NCBI GenBank assembly: GCA_963749075.1
Contig: CAVVLJ010000021.1
Coordinates: forward strand, 544,001-608,000
Direction of reading: 5' to 3'
DNA length: 64,000 nucleotides
Source: an uncultured Pseudomonadota bacterium
GTDB taxonomy: Bacteria; Pseudomonadota; Alphaproteobacteria; JACZXZ01
This document shows, one piece after another, positions 10,339 to 21,343 of this stretch. The notes under the pieces were generated by a model that was not told the DNA's origin, made no database searches, and was given only the letters and a program-made list of their open reading frames with translations. The first letter of the stretch is position 1. Every line of letters starts with the position of its first letter. The translations under genes and the position numbers were made by a program.

Positions 10339-10704
10339 ATGTCTTTGAAAATTCGACTGGCGCGGGCAGGCGCCAAGAAGCGCCCCTTCTACCGCATCGT
10401 CATCGCCGACAGCCGCTCGCCGCGCGACGGCCGCTTCGTCGAGCGCATCGGCAGCTACAACCCGATGGTCGCCAAGGACCACCCCGAGCGCATCGTGCTC
10501 GACGCCGAGCGCGCCAAGCACTGGCTCGCCAAGGGCGCCCAGCCGACCGAGCGCGTGGCGCGCTTCTTGGGCCGCCTCGAGCTCGGACCGGTGCCCGCCA
10601 TGCCGGCGCAGACCAAGAAGCACCTGCCCAAGGCCAAGGCGCAGGAGCGCGCCAAGGCGGCGGCAAGTGGCGAGGCGGCGCCCGCCGAGGCGCCGGCCGA
10701 GTGA
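10339..10704 (+). CDS. rpsP: 30S ribosomal protein S16
   Basis: [31 protein letters not shown]. Confidence 0.98.
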   Translation: MSLKIRLARAGAKKRPFYRIVIADSRSPRDGRFVERIGSYNPMVAKDHPERIVLDAERAKHWLAKGAQPTERVARFLGRLELGPVPAMPAQTKKHLPKAKAQERAKAAASGEAAPAEAPAE

Positions 10705-10770
10705 GCATGCGGGAGGGGCCGGCCGCGCTGCGGCACCCCTCGGGAGTCGAATGCCGGTGAGCCAAGCGAA

Positions 10771-11346
10771 GTGAGCCAAGCGAAGCACATGATCTGTCTC
10801 GGGCGGATCGCCGGTGCCCACGGCGTGCGCGGCGAGGTGCGCCTCGAGAGCTTCACCGCGGACGCCGCCGCCATCGCAGCCTACGGCCCGCTCAGCGACG
10901 AGGCGGGCCGCTTCCGCTTCACGCTCGCCCTCGTGGGCGAGGCGCGCGGCCGGCTCATCGCCCGCATCGAAGGCATAGGCGACCGCGACGCGGCCGAGGC
11001 GCTCGCCGGCACGCGGCTTTATGTCGAGCGCGCAGCACTCCCAGCACCCGCCGCGGACGAATATTACCACAGCGATCTCCTGGGCCTCGCCTGCGTGCTC
11101 GCGGACGGCGCTCCCTTCGGAACCGTCAAGGCGCTCTTCGACTTCGGCGCCGGCCCGGTGCTCGAGGTCGAGCGCCCGGACGGCGCGCGCGTCATGCTTC
11201 CCTTCACGCGCAGCGTCGTCCCGCTCGTCGATGTCGCCGCCGGACGCCTCGTGGTCGAGCCGCCGGCCGAGATCGACGCTGCCGCGGCGGCAGAGACGGC
11301 CGCAGGCGAGAGCGGCCGCGAGGAGCGCCCCGGAGGGCCGCCATGA
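10771..11346 (+). CDS. rimM: Ribosome maturation factor RimM
   Basis: [13 protein letters not shown] and [10 protein letters not shown] motifs; operon position. Confidence 0.96.
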   Translation: MSQAKHMICLGRIAGAHGVRGEVRLESFTADAAAIAAYGPLSDEAGRFRFTLALVGEARGRLIARIEGIGDRDAAEALAGTRLYVERAALPAPAADEYYHSDLLGLACVLADGAPFGTVKALFDFGAGPVLEVERPDGARVMLPFTRSVVPLVDVAAGRLVVEPPAEIDAAAAAETAAGESGREERPGGPP

Positions 11347-12068
11347 GCGCCCAGCACTTGCGTCCCTGGGCCGTCAAGGTGCTGACCATCTTCCCGGAGA
11401 TGTTCCCCGGGCCGCTCGGCCATTCGCTCGCCGGGCGGGCGCTCGCCTCCGGCCTGTGGTCGCTCGAGACGGTGGACATCCGCGCCTTCGCAAGCGATAA
11501 ACACCGCACCGTGGATGACGCGCCCTTCGGCGGCGGACCGGGCATGGTGATGCGCCCGGACGTGCTGGACGCGGCGATCGCGGCTTCGTGCGCCGGCGGC
11601 GGCCCGCTCGTCTATCTCTCGCCGCGCGGCCGTCTCATCGATCAGGCACGCGTGGAAGCACTCGCCATGGGGCCGTCGCTCGCCGTCATCTGCGGCCGTT
11701 TTGAGGGGCTGGACGAGCGGGTGCTCGAGGCCCATGACGTAGCGGAGCTGAGCCTCGGCGACTTCGTGCTGTCGGGCGGCGAGCCGGCGGCGACCTGCCT
11801 CATCGATGCCTGCGTGCGCCTGCGGCCGGGCGTGCTCGGGCGCGAGGCCTCGCTCGAGGAGGAGAGTTTTTCGCGGGGGCTCCTGGAATACCCGCACTAC
11901 ACCAGGCCGCAGTGCTGGCAGGGCCGCGAGGTCCCCGAGGTGCTCTTGAGCGGCCATCACGAGCGCATCAGGTCCTGGCGCAGGGACCAGGCGGAACGTA
12001 TCACGCGCGAGCGGCGGCCGGACCTGTGGGCCCGCTACGTCGCTTCGGGTCAAAGAGATCAAGGGTGA
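11343..12068 (+). CDS. trmD: tRNA (guanine-N1)-methyltransferase
   Basis: [24 protein letters not shown] and [11 protein letters not shown] motifs. Confidence 0.98.
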   Translation: MSAQHLRPWAVKVLTIFPEMFPGPLGHSLAGRALASGLWSLETVDIRAFASDKHRTVDDAPFGGGPGMVMRPDVLDAAIAASCAGGGPLVYLSPRGRLIDQARVEALAMGPSLAVICGRFEGLDERVLEAHDVAELSLGDFVLSGGEPAATCLIDACVRLRPGVLGREASLEEESFSRGLLEYPHYTRPQCWQGREVPEVLLSGHHERIRSWRRDQAERITRERRPDLWARYVASGQRDQG

Positions 12069-12073
12069 CAGCC

Positions 12074-12607
12074 ATGAACATCATCGAAGAGCTCGAGCGC
12101 GAGCAGATCGCCAAGCGCACCGCCAAGGGCGCTGTGCCGAGCTTTGCACCGGGCGACACGCTGCGCGTCCACGTCAAGGTGGTCGAGGGCGAGCGCGTGC
12201 GCACCCAGGTCTTCGAGGGGGTGTGCATCGGGCGCAAGAACTCGGGCCTCAATTCGGCCTTCACGGTGCGCAAAATCAGCTACGGCGAGGGGGTCGAGCG
12301 CGTCTTCCCGCTCTATAGCCCGCTCGTCGACCGCATCGAGGTGGTGCGCCGCGGCCGCGTGCGCCGCGCCAAGCTCTATTATCTGCGCGGTCGCACCGGC
12401 AAGGCGGCGCGCATCGCCGAGAAGACCTCGGGCGGGGCCGCGGCCTTGGGCGAGGTGGCGAGCGCCGCCGAGCTCGATGCCGAGACGCTGGCCGCCGATC
12501 TCGCCGCCGCACCCGCGGAGGGCGGCGGCACGGGCGAGGCCGCGAGCGCCAAGGCGGCCAAGAACAAGAAGAAGAAAGCCGCCAAGGCCGAGGCCGCGGG
12601 CGCCTGA
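12074..12607 (+). CDS. rplS: 50S ribosomal protein L19 with long Ala/Lys C-terminal tail
   Basis: [17 protein letters not shown] and [10 protein letters not shown] motifs. Confidence 0.97.
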   Translation: MNIIEELEREQIAKRTAKGAVPSFAPGDTLRVHVKVVEGERVRTQVFEGVCIGRKNSGLNSAFTVRKISYGEGVERVFPLYSPLVDRIEVVRRGRVRRAKLYYLRGRTGKAARIAEKTSGGAAALGEVASAAELDAETLAADLAAAPAEGGGTGEAASAKAAKNKKKKAAKAEAAGA

Positions 12608-12654
12608 GCGGCCCGGCAAGGGCCGCGGCAAGGGACGGAAAGGGACGAGCGACG

Positions 12655-14064
12655 ATGGCTGCACCGCGCACGCTCTTCGACAAGATCTGGCAGAGCCACC
12701 TGGTCGAGCGCCAAGAGGACGGCACCTGCATTCTCTACATCGACTGCCACCTGGTGCATGAGGTGACGAGCCCGCAGGCCTTCGAGGGCCTGCGCCTGGC
12801 CGGGCGCAAGGTGCGCCGGCCCAAGGCCGCCATCGCGGTCGCGGACCACAACGTGCCGACCCTCGACCGCGCGGGCGGCATCAAGGACGCGGAGTCGCGC
12901 CTCCAGGTCGAAACACTCGAGGCCAACTGCAAGGAGTTCGGCATCCCCTACATCCCCGTGGCCGACGTGCGCCAGGGCATCGTGCACATCATCGGCCCCG
13001 AGCAGGGCTTCACGCAGCCGGGCATGACCATCGTGTGCGGCGACAGCCATACCTCGACCCACGGCGCCTTCGGCGCCCTTGCCTTCGGCATCGGCACGAG
13101 CGAGGTCGAGCACGTGCTGGCGACCCAGACCCTGGTGATGAAGCCCGCGAGGAACATGCGCGTGAGCGTCTCGGGCCGGCTCGCCCCCGGCTGCACGTCG
13201 AAGGATCTGGCACTCGCCATCATCGGCAAGATCGGCACGGCCGGCGGCACCGGCCACGTCATCGAATATTGCGGCGAGGCGGTGCGCACTCTCTCCATGG
13301 AGGCGCGCATGACCTTGTGCAACATGACGATCGAGGGCGGCGCCCGCGCCGGCCTCGTCGCCCCCGACGAGGTCACCTTCGAGTACCTCAAGGGCCGGGC
13401 CATGGCGCCCAAGGCGGGCCAGTGGGAGCAGGCGGTGGCCTTCTGGCGCACGCTGCCCTCGGATGCCGGTGCGGCCTACGACAAGGAAGCGGCGCTCGAT
13501 GCCGCGGCAATCGCCCCCCACGTCACGTGGGGCACCTCGCCTCAGCAGGTGCAGCCGATCACCGGCCGCGTGCCCGATCCCAAGGAGGCGCCCGACGAAG
13601 GGACGCGCGAGAACTGGACGCGGGCGCTCGACTATATGGGCCTCGCACCCGGCACCCCGCTCGCCGAGATCAAGGTGGACACGGTCTTCATCGGCTCCTG
13701 CACCAACGGGCGCATCGAGGATCTGCGCGCCGCGGCGGCCGTCGCCAAGGGCCGCCGCGTGGCCGCGGGCGTGCGCGCCCTCGTGGTGCCCGGCTCCGGC
13801 CTCGTCAAGGAGCAGGCCGAGGCGGAGGGCCTCGACGCCGTCTTTCGCGAGGCGGGCTTCGAGTGGCGCGAGCCGGGCTGCTCCATGTGCCTCGCCATGA
13901 ACGCCGACCGCCTGCAGCCGGGCGAGCGCTGCGCCTCGACCTCGAACCGCAACTTCGAGGGCCGCCAGGGCCGCGGCGGGCGCACCCATCTCGTGAGCCC
14001 GGCGATGGCGGCGGCGGCGGCGGTGAACGGCAAGCTGAGCGACGTGCGCGAGTTGCTGGCTTAG
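12655..14064 (+). CDS. leuC: 3-isopropylmalate dehydratase large subunit
   Basis: [28 protein letters not shown] and [12 protein letters not shown] motifs. Confidence 0.98.
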   Translation: MAAPRTLFDKIWQSHLVERQEDGTCILYIDCHLVHEVTSPQAFEGLRLAGRKVRRPKAAIAVADHNVPTLDRAGGIKDAESRLQVETLEANCKEFGIPYIPVADVRQGIVHIIGPEQGFTQPGMTIVCGDSHTSTHGAFGALAFGIGTSEVEHVLATQTLVMKPARNMRVSVSGRLAPGCTSKDLALAIIGKIGTAGGTGHVIEYCGEAVRTLSMEARMTLCNMTIEGGARAGLVAPDEVTFEYLKGRAMAPKAGQWEQAVAFWRTLPSDAGAAYDKEAALDAAAIAPHVTWGTSPQQVQPITGRVPDPKEAPDEGTRENWTRALDYMGLAPGTPLAEIKVDTVFIGSCTNGRIEDLRAAAAVAKGRRVAAGVRALVVPGSGLVKEQAEAEGLDAVFREAGFEWREPGCSMCLAMNADRLQPGERCASTSNRNFEGRQGRGGRTHLVSPAMAAAAAVNGKLSDVRELLA

Positions 14065-14102
14065 CGTCTTGGGCAGAGGGTTTTGGCGGAGGGCCTAGCG
14101 AG

Positions 14103-14709
14103 ATGCAGAAATTCGTCACCTTGACCGGCGTCGCGGCACCGCTCCCCATGGTCAATGTCGATACCGACATGATCATCCCGAAGAACTTCCTCAAGACGAT
14201 CAAGCGGAGCGGCCTCGGCAAGGCGCTCTTCTACGAGAAGCGCTACGACGAGGAGGGGCGCGAGCGCCCGGACTTCGTGCTCAACCAGGCGCCTTGGCGC
14301 GAGGCCAAGATACTCGTCGCCGGCGAGAACTTCGGCTGCGGCTCGAGCCGCGAGCACGCGCCCTGGGCGCTCTCGGACTTCGGCATCCGCGCGGTGATCT
14401 CGACGAGCTTCGCCGACATCTTCCACAACAACTGCTTCAAGAACGGCATGCTGCCCCTAACGCTGCCCGCGGCCGAGGTGGCGCTGCTTGATGGAGGACG
14501 CCAAGCGCGGCGAGACGCTCACCGTCGATCTGCCGGCCCAGCTCGTCCGGCGCGCGGACGGCAGCACGATCCGCTTCGAGATCGACCCCGCCCTCAAGAG
14601 CTCCCTCATTGAGGGCCTCGACGAGATCGGCCTCACGCTGCAGAAGGGCCCCTTCGTCGCGAGCTTCGAGGCGAAGCAGCGCTTGAGCCAGCCGTGGCTC
14701 TGGCGCTGA
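14103..14709 (+). CDS. leuD: 3-isopropylmalate dehydratase small subunit (apparent frameshift near 14487)
   Basis: [10 protein letters not shown] and [15 protein letters not shown]; C-terminus …[10 protein letters not shown] is in another frame. Confidence 0.93.
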
Positions 14710-14789
14710 GCCGCCGCGCGCGCAAACCCACGAGGGCTGCGGCGAGCGCCGCGAGGCCGGAGAAGGACATGACCGCAGGAGACCGCCGC

Positions 14790-15902
14790 ATGACCGCCAA
14801 CAAGTCGCTTCTGATTCTGCCCGGCGACGGCATCGGACCCGAGGTGATACGTCAGGCCCGCCGCGTGATCGACTGGTTCGAGCGTCGGCGCGCGCTGCGC
14901 TTCGAGCTCAAGGAGGGGCTGATCGGCGGCGCCTCCATCGAGGCGCACGGCACGCCGCTCAGCGACGAGACGCTGCAAGAGGCGCTCGCCGCCGATGCGG
15001 TGCTGCTGGGTGCCGTCGGCGGCCCGAAATGGGACAAGCTCGAGTTCGCCAGGCGGCCCGAGCGCGGCCTCCTCAAGTTGAGGAAGGCGATGGAGCTCTA
15101 TGCCAACCTGCGCCCCTCGATCGTCTTCGATTCGCTCGCCGCCGCCTCGACGCTCAAGCCCGAGGTGGTCGCCGGCCTCGACCTCATGATCGTGCGCGAG
15201 CTCACGGGCGGCATCTATTTCGGCGAGCCGCGCGGCATCGAGGAGCTCGGCCACGGCGAGCGCCGCGGCGTCAACACCGAGGTCTACACCTCGAGCGAGA
15301 TCCGGCGCGTCGCCCGCGTCGCCTTCGAGCTCGCCCGCGGGCGCAAGAAGCACGTCACCTCGATCGACAAGGCGAACGTGCTCGAATCAAGCGTGCTGTG
15401 GCGCGAGGAGGTCCAGAAGCTGCGCGACAAGGAGTTCAAGGACGTGGAGCTCGACCACATGTACGTGGACAACGCCGCCATGCAGCTCCTGCGCGATCCC
15501 AAGCGCTTCGACGTGATCGTCACCTCCAACCTCTTCGGCGACATCCTCTCGGACGAGGCCTCGATGCTCGCGGGCTCGCTCGGCATGCTGCCCTCCGCCT
15601 CGCTCGGCGCCTCGGACAAGGACGGCCGGCGCAAGGCACTCTACGAGCCGGTGCACGGCAGCGCACCCGACATCGCCGGGCGCGACATCGCCAACCCGCT
15701 CGGCGCCATCCTCTCCTTCGCCATGCTGCTGCGCCACTCCTTCGACATGACGGAGGAGGCCGGGCTCGTCGAGACCGCGGTCAAGAACGTGCTGACGAGC
15801 GGCCTGCGCACCGCCGACGTGATGCAGCCCGGCAAGGGTCGCGTCTCGACCACGGTGATGGGCGATTCGATCGTCCGCGAGCTCGACAAGCGCGCGGCGT
15901 AA
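14790..15902 (+). CDS. leuB: 3-isopropylmalate dehydrogenase
   Basis: [21 protein letters not shown] and [12 protein letters not shown] motifs. Confidence 0.98.
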   Translation: MTANKSLLILPGDGIGPEVIRQARRVIDWFERRRALRFELKEGLIGGASIEAHGTPLSDETLQEALAADAVLLGAVGGPKWDKLEFARRPERGLLKLRKAMELYANLRPSIVFDSLAAASTLKPEVVAGLDLMIVRELTGGIYFGEPRGIEELGHGERRGVNTEVYTSSEIRRVARVAFELARGRKKHVTSIDKANVLESSVLWREEVQKLRDKEFKDVELDHMYVDNAAMQLLRDPKRFDVIVTSNLFGDILSDEASMLAGSLGMLPSASLGASDKDGRRKALYEPVHGSAPDIAGRDIANPLGAILSFAMLLRHSFDMTEEAGLVETAVKNVLTSGLRTADVMQPGKGRVSTTVMGDSIVRELDKRAA

Positions 15903-15904
15903 GC

Positions 15905-16876
15905 TCAAGGCCGCTTGCGCCGGGCCGGGGACGATCTCCGCCGAGCAAGCGCGCCGCGCCCGCGGCTATCCTGCAGCATGACTGTGCGGATGGCGCCGCC
16001 GAGCTGCCGCACCGCCAGCACGTTGAGCGGGAATTCCAGCACGACGTGGATCAGGCTGAGGGCGAGCAGGATGCTGAACCCGAAGGCATAATCGTAGAAG
16101 TAGAGGCCGGTCGAGGCGGCGCTGACGGCGCCGACTAGCGCCAGCCGCCGGGGCTCCATGTCGGTCCAGCGAATGACCTCCGCTTTGATGAACCAATTGA
16201 GATAATGATAGGTGTAGACGAAGGCCAAAAGGCCGGTCAGCCGTGCGTCCAAGGTGAGGTGGGGAATGCCGAACAGCCGGCCGAGCGCCGGCGCCACGTT
16301 GCCGAAATACTCGCGGCCGGCCGCGGCGAATTCGGGCACCACCGTCGATGCCGAGGGCGGCACGACGAGGATGAGCCCGACCGCCATCGCGTAGACGGCG
16401 ATCAGGGCCGCCTGCACAGCACTCCGCGAGCGATAGGCGCCCAATGTCATGAAGACGAGCGTAAACAGCGACACGTGGATCAGGGTCGGAAGGAGAATTC
16501 CAAGGACCGCCAGCGACGGCGCATGCGTGTACATGACGGCCGTCAATCCGGTCGCGGCGATCACGAGGAGGACGCCTTGCGCGCCGCTGGACGCGGCCGA
16601 GACCAGCGCGCACGCCACGAGCGCACTCCACATCGCGAAACCGAACCACGATGCGCTGTCGATCAGCGCAGCGCCGATGGCCACCATGGCCAAGGCCAGC
16701 GCTACGCCGCGATGGGGTAGGAAATAATTGCGGTCATGCAGCCAGGAAATCTCGGTGGTGTAATGCACCGGGCCCAAGATGACGTATGACAGCAAGAGGA
16801 GCTCGAATGGCACGACGTAGGTCAGGCCAAGGGCCGAGAGCATCAGGCCGAGATGCACGGCGTCGGTGCGGCGCAT
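15905..16876 (-). CDS. Hypothetical integral membrane protein
   Basis: About 9-10 TM segments with His-containing motifs GPVHY, LIHV, YHYLNWF and IHVVLEFP. Confidence 0.7.
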   Translation of the reverse strand: MRRTDAVHLGLMLSALGLTYVVPFELLLLSYVILGPVHYTTEISWLHDRNYFLPHRGVALALAMVAIGAALIDSASWFGFAMWSALVACALVSAASSGAQGVLLVIAATGLTAVMYTHAPSLAVLGILLPTLIHVSLFTLVFMTLGAYRSRSAVQAALIAVYAMAVGLILVVPPSASTVVPEFAAAGREYFGNVAPALGRLFGIPHLTLDARLTGLLAFVYTYHYLNWFIKAEVIRWTDMEPRRLALVGAVSAASTGLYFYDYAFGFSILLALSLIHVVLEFPLNVLAVRQLGGAIRTVMLQDSRGRGALARRRSSPARRKRP

Positions 16877-17062
16877 GGCGCATGATACCATCTCGGCCGA
16901 TGCCCTAAGCCGACATCTGCCCGATGACCAGGAAGCGGCGTGAACGATAGCATTCCGCTCGGGCAGCCGGAAGCCGAAAGGCAGCGTCCGCATGAGACTT
17001 CCGAGATTATGGGCGGGAGCAGGAAGCTGAAGGCGGACGGCGCTGCCGGCGAAGGAGCGTCC

Positions 17063-17392
17063 CTATTCGCCGCGCTGGCGCCTGCGCTCCGCCTCGAGCC
17101 TGCCGGCGAGGAAGAGCCCGAGCATGCGGAAGTCGCTCGCGAAGGACCAGAGGGGATAGCGCAGGGTCGCCGGGCGGTTGCGCTCGAAGACGAGGTGGCC
17201 GAGCCAGGCCAGGCCGTAGCCGGCGAGGAGGGCCGCCGGCAGCAGGCGCCAGTCCGCGGTGGCGATGGCGAGGGCCAGGAGGAGCATGCCGAGCATCGTG
17301 CCCGCATAGTGGCAGACCCGCGTCGCCGGCGACATGTGCTCGGCGAGGTAATAGGGCCAGAACTCGGCGTAGGTCGTGGGGCGCTTGCTCAT
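17063..17392 (-). CDS. DUF962/Mpo1-like small membrane protein
   Basis: EFWPYYLAEH…HY.G…GYGLAWLGH..FERNRPAT.RYPLWS. Confidence 0.85.
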   Translation of the reverse strand: MSKRPTTYAEFWPYYLAEHMSPATRVCHYAGTMLGMLLLALAIATADWRLLPAALLAGYGLAWLGHLVFERNRPATLRYPLWSFASDFRMLGLFLAGRLEAERRRQRGE

Positions 17393-17482
17393 GGCTTCCG
17401 GCGCTCGCTCGTCTTGAAAATGCCGGCCGATCGGCGTAAGTCAAGCCCTGCTGCAACCCTAACGTCAGGCTGGTCAGGTGTC

Positions 17483-18508
17483 ATGGGATATAGAGTGGCG
17501 GTGGTGGGTGCTTCCGGCAACGTCGGCCGCGAGATGCTGACGACGCTCGCCGAGCGCCAATTCCCCGTGGACGAGGTGGTGGCGCTCGCCTCCGAGCGCT
17601 CGGTCGGCAACGAGGTCTCCTTCGGCAACGAGGAGACGCTCAAGGTCCGCGATCTCGCCAAGTTCGACTTCAAAGGCATCGACATCGTGCTCTCCTCGCC
17701 GGGCGCCAAGGTCTCGGCCGAGCACAGCCCGCGCGCCGCCGAGGCCGGTGCCGTCGTCATCGACAACACCTCCTATTTCCGCATGGACCCGGACGTGCCC
17801 CTCGTGGTGCCCGAGGTCAACGCCCACGCGATTGGGGGCTACAGCAAGAAGCGCATCATCGCCAATCCCAACTGCTCGACCATCCAGATGGTGGTGGCCT
17901 TGAAGCCGCTCCACGATCTCGCGCGCATCAAGCGCGTGGTGGTCGCGACCTACCAGTCGGTCTCGGGCGCCGGCAAGGACGCCATGGACGAGCTCTTCGA
18001 GCAGACGCGCGGCATCTACGTCGGCGACCAGCCGCAGAAGCGCAAGTTCACCAAGCAGATCGCCTTCAACGTCATTCCCCACATCGACGTCTTCATGGAT
18101 GACGGCTCGACCAAGGAGGAGTGGAAGATGCGGGTCGAGACCAACAAGATACTCGATCCCGACATCGCGGTCTCGGCAACTTGCGTGCGCGTGCCGGTCT
18201 TCATCGGCCACGGCGAGGCGCTCTCCGTCGAGTTCGAGAAGCCGATCGCGGTCGAGGAGGCGCGCGCCGCCCTCAAGGCGGCACCCGGCTTGGCCGTCGT
18301 CGACTACCGCATGGACGAGGGCTATGTGACGCCGGTCGAGTGCGCCGGCGAGGACAGCGTCTTCGTGAGCCGCATCCGCCGCGACCCGACCGTCAAGCAC
18401 GGCCTCAGCCTGTGGGTCGTGGCCGACAACCTGCGCAAGGGAGCGGCGCTCAACGCGGTGCAGATCGCCGAGGAGCTGGTGCGCACCCACATGAGGAAGG
18501 CGGCCTAG
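17483..18508 (+). CDS. asd: Aspartate-semialdehyde dehydrogenase
   Basis: VVGASGNVG, ANPNCSTIQ, YQSVSGAG and DNLRKGAALNAVQ motifs. Confidence 0.98.
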   Translation: MGYRVAVVGASGNVGREMLTTLAERQFPVDEVVALASERSVGNEVSFGNEETLKVRDLAKFDFKGIDIVLSSPGAKVSAEHSPRAAEAGAVVIDNTSYFRMDPDVPLVVPEVNAHAIGGYSKKRIIANPNCSTIQMVVALKPLHDLARIKRVVVATYQSVSGAGKDAMDELFEQTRGIYVGDQPQKRKFTKQIAFNVIPHIDVFMDDGSTKEEWKMRVETNKILDPDIAVSATCVRVPVFIGHGEALSVEFEKPIAVEEARAALKAAPGLAVVDYRMDEGYVTPVECAGEDSVFVSRIRRDPTVKHGLSLWVVADNLRKGAALNAVQIAEELVRTHMRKAA

Positions 18509-18534
18509 CGCGCCTCTTCCGGCGCCTTTAGTCT

Positions 18535-18637
18535 ACCCCCCACCCCAACCCTCCCCCTCAAGGGGGGAGGGGGCTCTCGCGGTGGCAACGCTGATATCTT
18601 CCCCTCCCCCCTTGAGGGGGAGGGCAGGGAGGGGGGT
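18535..18637. repeat. REP/RIME-like palindromic intergenic repeat, copy 1
   Basis: Two inverted CCCTCCCCCT(C/T)(A/G)AGGGGGAGGG hairpins around a variable core; second copy at 50510. Confidence 0.85.
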
Positions 18638-18655
18638 GCTGCGAGGGAGAACGCC

Positions 18656-19825
18656 ATGCCCGTCGTCGAGCGCATCAACGCCTACCACGCGGAGCTCGGG
18701 CGCATCCGGCGCGACATCCACGCCCATCCCGAGCTCGGCTACAAGGAGCTGCGCACCTCCGAGCTCGTCGCCCGCGAGCTTGCCGCCTACGGCGTCGAGG
18801 TGCACCGCGGCCTGGCCGGGACCGGCGTCGTCGGCCGCCTCAAGGCCGGGCGCGCCAACCGCGCGATCGGGCTCAGGGCCAACATGGATGCGCTCCCCAT
18901 CCACGAGAAGAACGACTTCGCCCACCGCTCGGCGAACGACGGCGTGATGCACGCCTGCGGCCACGACGGCCACACGACGATGCTCTTGGGTGCGGCGCGC
19001 TATCTCGCCGAGACGCGCAACTTCGACGGCACCGTGCATTTCATCTTCCAGCCGGCCGAGGAGGGCGGCGGAGGTGCCCGCGTGATGATCGAGGAGGGGC
19101 TCTTCGAGAAGTTCCCCTGCGATGCGGTCTACGGCATGCACAATTGGGCGACCGCACCGGCCGGCACCTTCGGCATCCGCGCGGGTCCCACCATGGCGGC
19201 CTCGGGCAACTTCGATCTCGTGGTAGAGGGCCGCGGCGCCCATGCGGCGCGGCCCGAATCCGGCGTCGATCCGGTGGTGGTGGCCGCCAACATGGTGATG
19301 GCGATCCAGACGGTGGCGAGCCGCAACGTGAGCGCCATCGACGCGGTCGTCGTCAGCGTGACGCAAGTGCACGGCGGCCATGCCTATAACGTCATCCCCG
19401 ACGAGGTGACGCTCAAGGGCAACGTGCGCGCCTACCGGCCCGAGGTGATCGCCAAGATAGGCCCCGCGCTCGCGCGCATCGCCGACGGCGTCGCCGCCAC
19501 CTACGGCGCCAAGGCGAAGCTCGACTTCCGCATGCTCTACCCGCCGCTCGTCAACCACGCCGAGGAGGCGCGCCTCGCGGGCGACGCCGCGGCCGAGGTG
19601 GTGGGCGAGGCGAATGTGAACCGCGACATGCCGCCGCGCACGGCGTCCGAGGACTTCTCCTACATGCTCGAGGCCCGGCCCGGCGCCTTCATCTTCATCG
19701 GCAACGGCAAGGCCGGGGGCGCCTCAGACGTGCACAACCCGCACTACGATTTCAACGACGACATCATCCCGCTCGGCGCGAGCTTCTTCGTGCGCCTCAT
19801 CGAGAAGAACCTGCCGAAGCGGTGA
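18656..19825 (+). CDS. M20 family amidohydrolase (hippurate hydrolase-like)
   Basis: HAHPELGY, MHACGHDGH, FQPAEEG and HNPHYDFND motifs. Confidence 0.93.
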   Translation: MPVVERINAYHAELGRIRRDIHAHPELGYKELRTSELVARELAAYGVEVHRGLAGTGVVGRLKAGRANRAIGLRANMDALPIHEKNDFAHRSANDGVMHACGHDGHTTMLLGAARYLAETRNFDGTVHFIFQPAEEGGGGARVMIEEGLFEKFPCDAVYGMHNWATAPAGTFGIRAGPTMAASGNFDLVVEGRGAHAARPESGVDPVVVAANMVMAIQTVASRNVSAIDAVVVSVTQVHGGHAYNVIPDEVTLKGNVRAYRPEVIAKIGPALARIADGVAATYGAKAKLDFRMLYPPLVNHAEEARLAGDAAAEVVGEANVNRDMPPRTASEDFSYMLEARPGAFIFIGNGKAGGASDVHNPHYDFNDDIIPLGASFFVRLIEKNLPKR

Positions 19826-19837
19826 AGACAGGCCGGC

Positions 19838-19911
19838 AACCACGAAGACACAAAGACACGAAGGTGGATACCGTCTCTTCGCGTGCTTCGTGCCTTTGTG
19901 GCTTCGTGGTT
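19838..19911. repeat. Imperfect inverted repeat between convergent genes (REP-like or terminator)
   Basis: AACCACGAAGACACAAAGACACGAAG … CTTCGTGCCTTTGTGGCTTCGTGGTT. Confidence 0.7.
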
Positions 19912-19924
19912 TCTCTTGCTTTCC

Positions 19925-20644
19925 TTAGCATCCCAGCCGGTCCGCGAGGGCCTCGAAGTCCGCGGCCACGAAGTCCCAGGCTTGCGAGGGCTCGAGGTCC
20001 GGCTTGCCGGCGGGGCCGTGCTCCTTGGGCCGCGGCACGAAGGCGGTGCGCAGACCTTGGGCCGCCGCCGCCTTGAGGTCGCCGTTGTGCGCCGCGACCA
20101 TCGCGCATTCCGCTGGCTTGAGACGCAGGAACTCGACGGATTTGCGGTAGGCCTCGGGGCAGGGCTTGTAGTGCCGTGCGAGCTCGGCGCCGAGCACCAT
20201 GTCCCACGGCAGGCGGCCGTATTTGGCGAGGTTGACCATGAGCGCCACATTGCCGTTCGAGCAGGTGGCGATGATGTATTTGCGCTTGAGCCGCGCAAGA
20301 CCGGGAACGGCGTCCGGCCAGGGGTCGAGGCGGTGCCAGGAGCGGTTGAAACGGTCGAGCGCTGGCTCGGGGATGCCGCCGAGATGGCGCTCGGCGAGCA
20401 GGCGGTCGAGGCTCGCCCGATGGAGATCGTCGAGCGGCTGCCAGGCGATGGCACCCTTGCGCACCTTCTCGAGGGTCGGCTGGTAGAGCCCGCGCCAGGC
20501 GTCGGCGAAGGCGGCCCAATCGATGCCGGCGATGCCGTTCTCGCGCCCGAAGGCCTCGCCCTCGCGGATGATGCTGGTGCGCCAATCCACCACCGTGCCG
20601 AACACGTCGAAGAGGAGCGCCTTAAGGGCGGGCGGGCCAGCCAT
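19925..20644 (-). CDS. Haloacid dehalogenase type II
   Basis: LFDVFGTVVDW, CSNGN, YKP and MVAAHNGDL motifs. Confidence 0.92.
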   Translation of the reverse strand: MAGPPALKALLFDVFGTVVDWRTSIIREGEAFGRENGIAGIDWAAFADAWRGLYQPTLEKVRKGAIAWQPLDDLHRASLDRLLAERHLGGIPEPALDRFNRSWHRLDPWPDAVPGLARLKRKYIIATCSNGNVALMVNLAKYGRLPWDMVLGAELARHYKPCPEAYRKSVEFLRLKPAECAMVAAHNGDLKAAAAQGLRTAFVPRPKEHGPAGKPDLEPSQAWDFVAADFEALADRLGC

Positions 20645-20845
20645 GGGAATCTCCGCGTGTGGATGCGGGTACACGGCACGAAAATCCGACAACTCATTCC
20701 GTGCGCCAATCGTTGCCGCCAATATATGGCCGATAGCGAAATATCGACAACAGTGGAGGTGATCGCCGGACGTCGTCGTTGCGGCGATTTCTGGATCGGC
20801 GCATAGTGGCAAAGGTCGTCGCTTCCCGAGATGGGCCGCCCAGTC

Positions 20846-21070
20846 ATGAAACAGTTCACGGTCCGCGCGCATTTCGATCCCGAGACGAAAGTCTGGTGGG
20901 GATCGAACGAGGAGTTGCCGCTGACCACGGAAGCTCCCACGCTCGATCAGCTCTTCGCCCGCGCAGTCGAGATTGCGCCCGAGATCGCCGTCATGAACGG
21001 CCTGGCGGAGCACGGCGAGCAGGTCACTATTCAGATCACGGCAGATCGGGTGGCGACCGTCGACGGATAA
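20846..21070 (+). CDS. DUF1902/HicB-like antitoxin
   Basis: FTVRAHFDPETKVWW…LTTEAPTLDQL; TAATG-coupled to the HicA gene. Confidence 0.75.
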   Translation: MKQFTVRAHFDPETKVWWGSNEELPLTTEAPTLDQLFARAVEIAPEIAVMNGLAEHGEQVTIQITADRVATVDG

Positions 21071-21265
21071 TGGCCGCCGCCTTAGATCGGGATTTGCTGC
21101 GTCTTCTTAAGCAGGCCGGATGCCGGTTTGTACGAGCGGGCAAGGGAAGCCATCAAATCTGGTATAGCCCCCTCACGAGGCGGAACTTCGCGGTTCCGAC
21201 CGGAATCGTCAGCCGGCACTGCGAATTCGGTGCTGAAGGATGCGGGTTTGCCGAAGGCGTTCTGA
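21070..21265 (+). pseudogene. hicA: HicA family toxin, frameshifted near 21219
   Basis: AGCRFVRAGKGSHQIWYSP; the expected C-terminus ANSVLKDAGLPKAF* lies in another frame. Confidence 0.8.
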
Positions 21266-21343
21266 CGTTTATGGTCGCGACGCAATGGCGCATCGGCAGC
21301 GCCGGCTTCCGAGAAGCCATCCTCAGCTCGTCGAAGGGGAACC

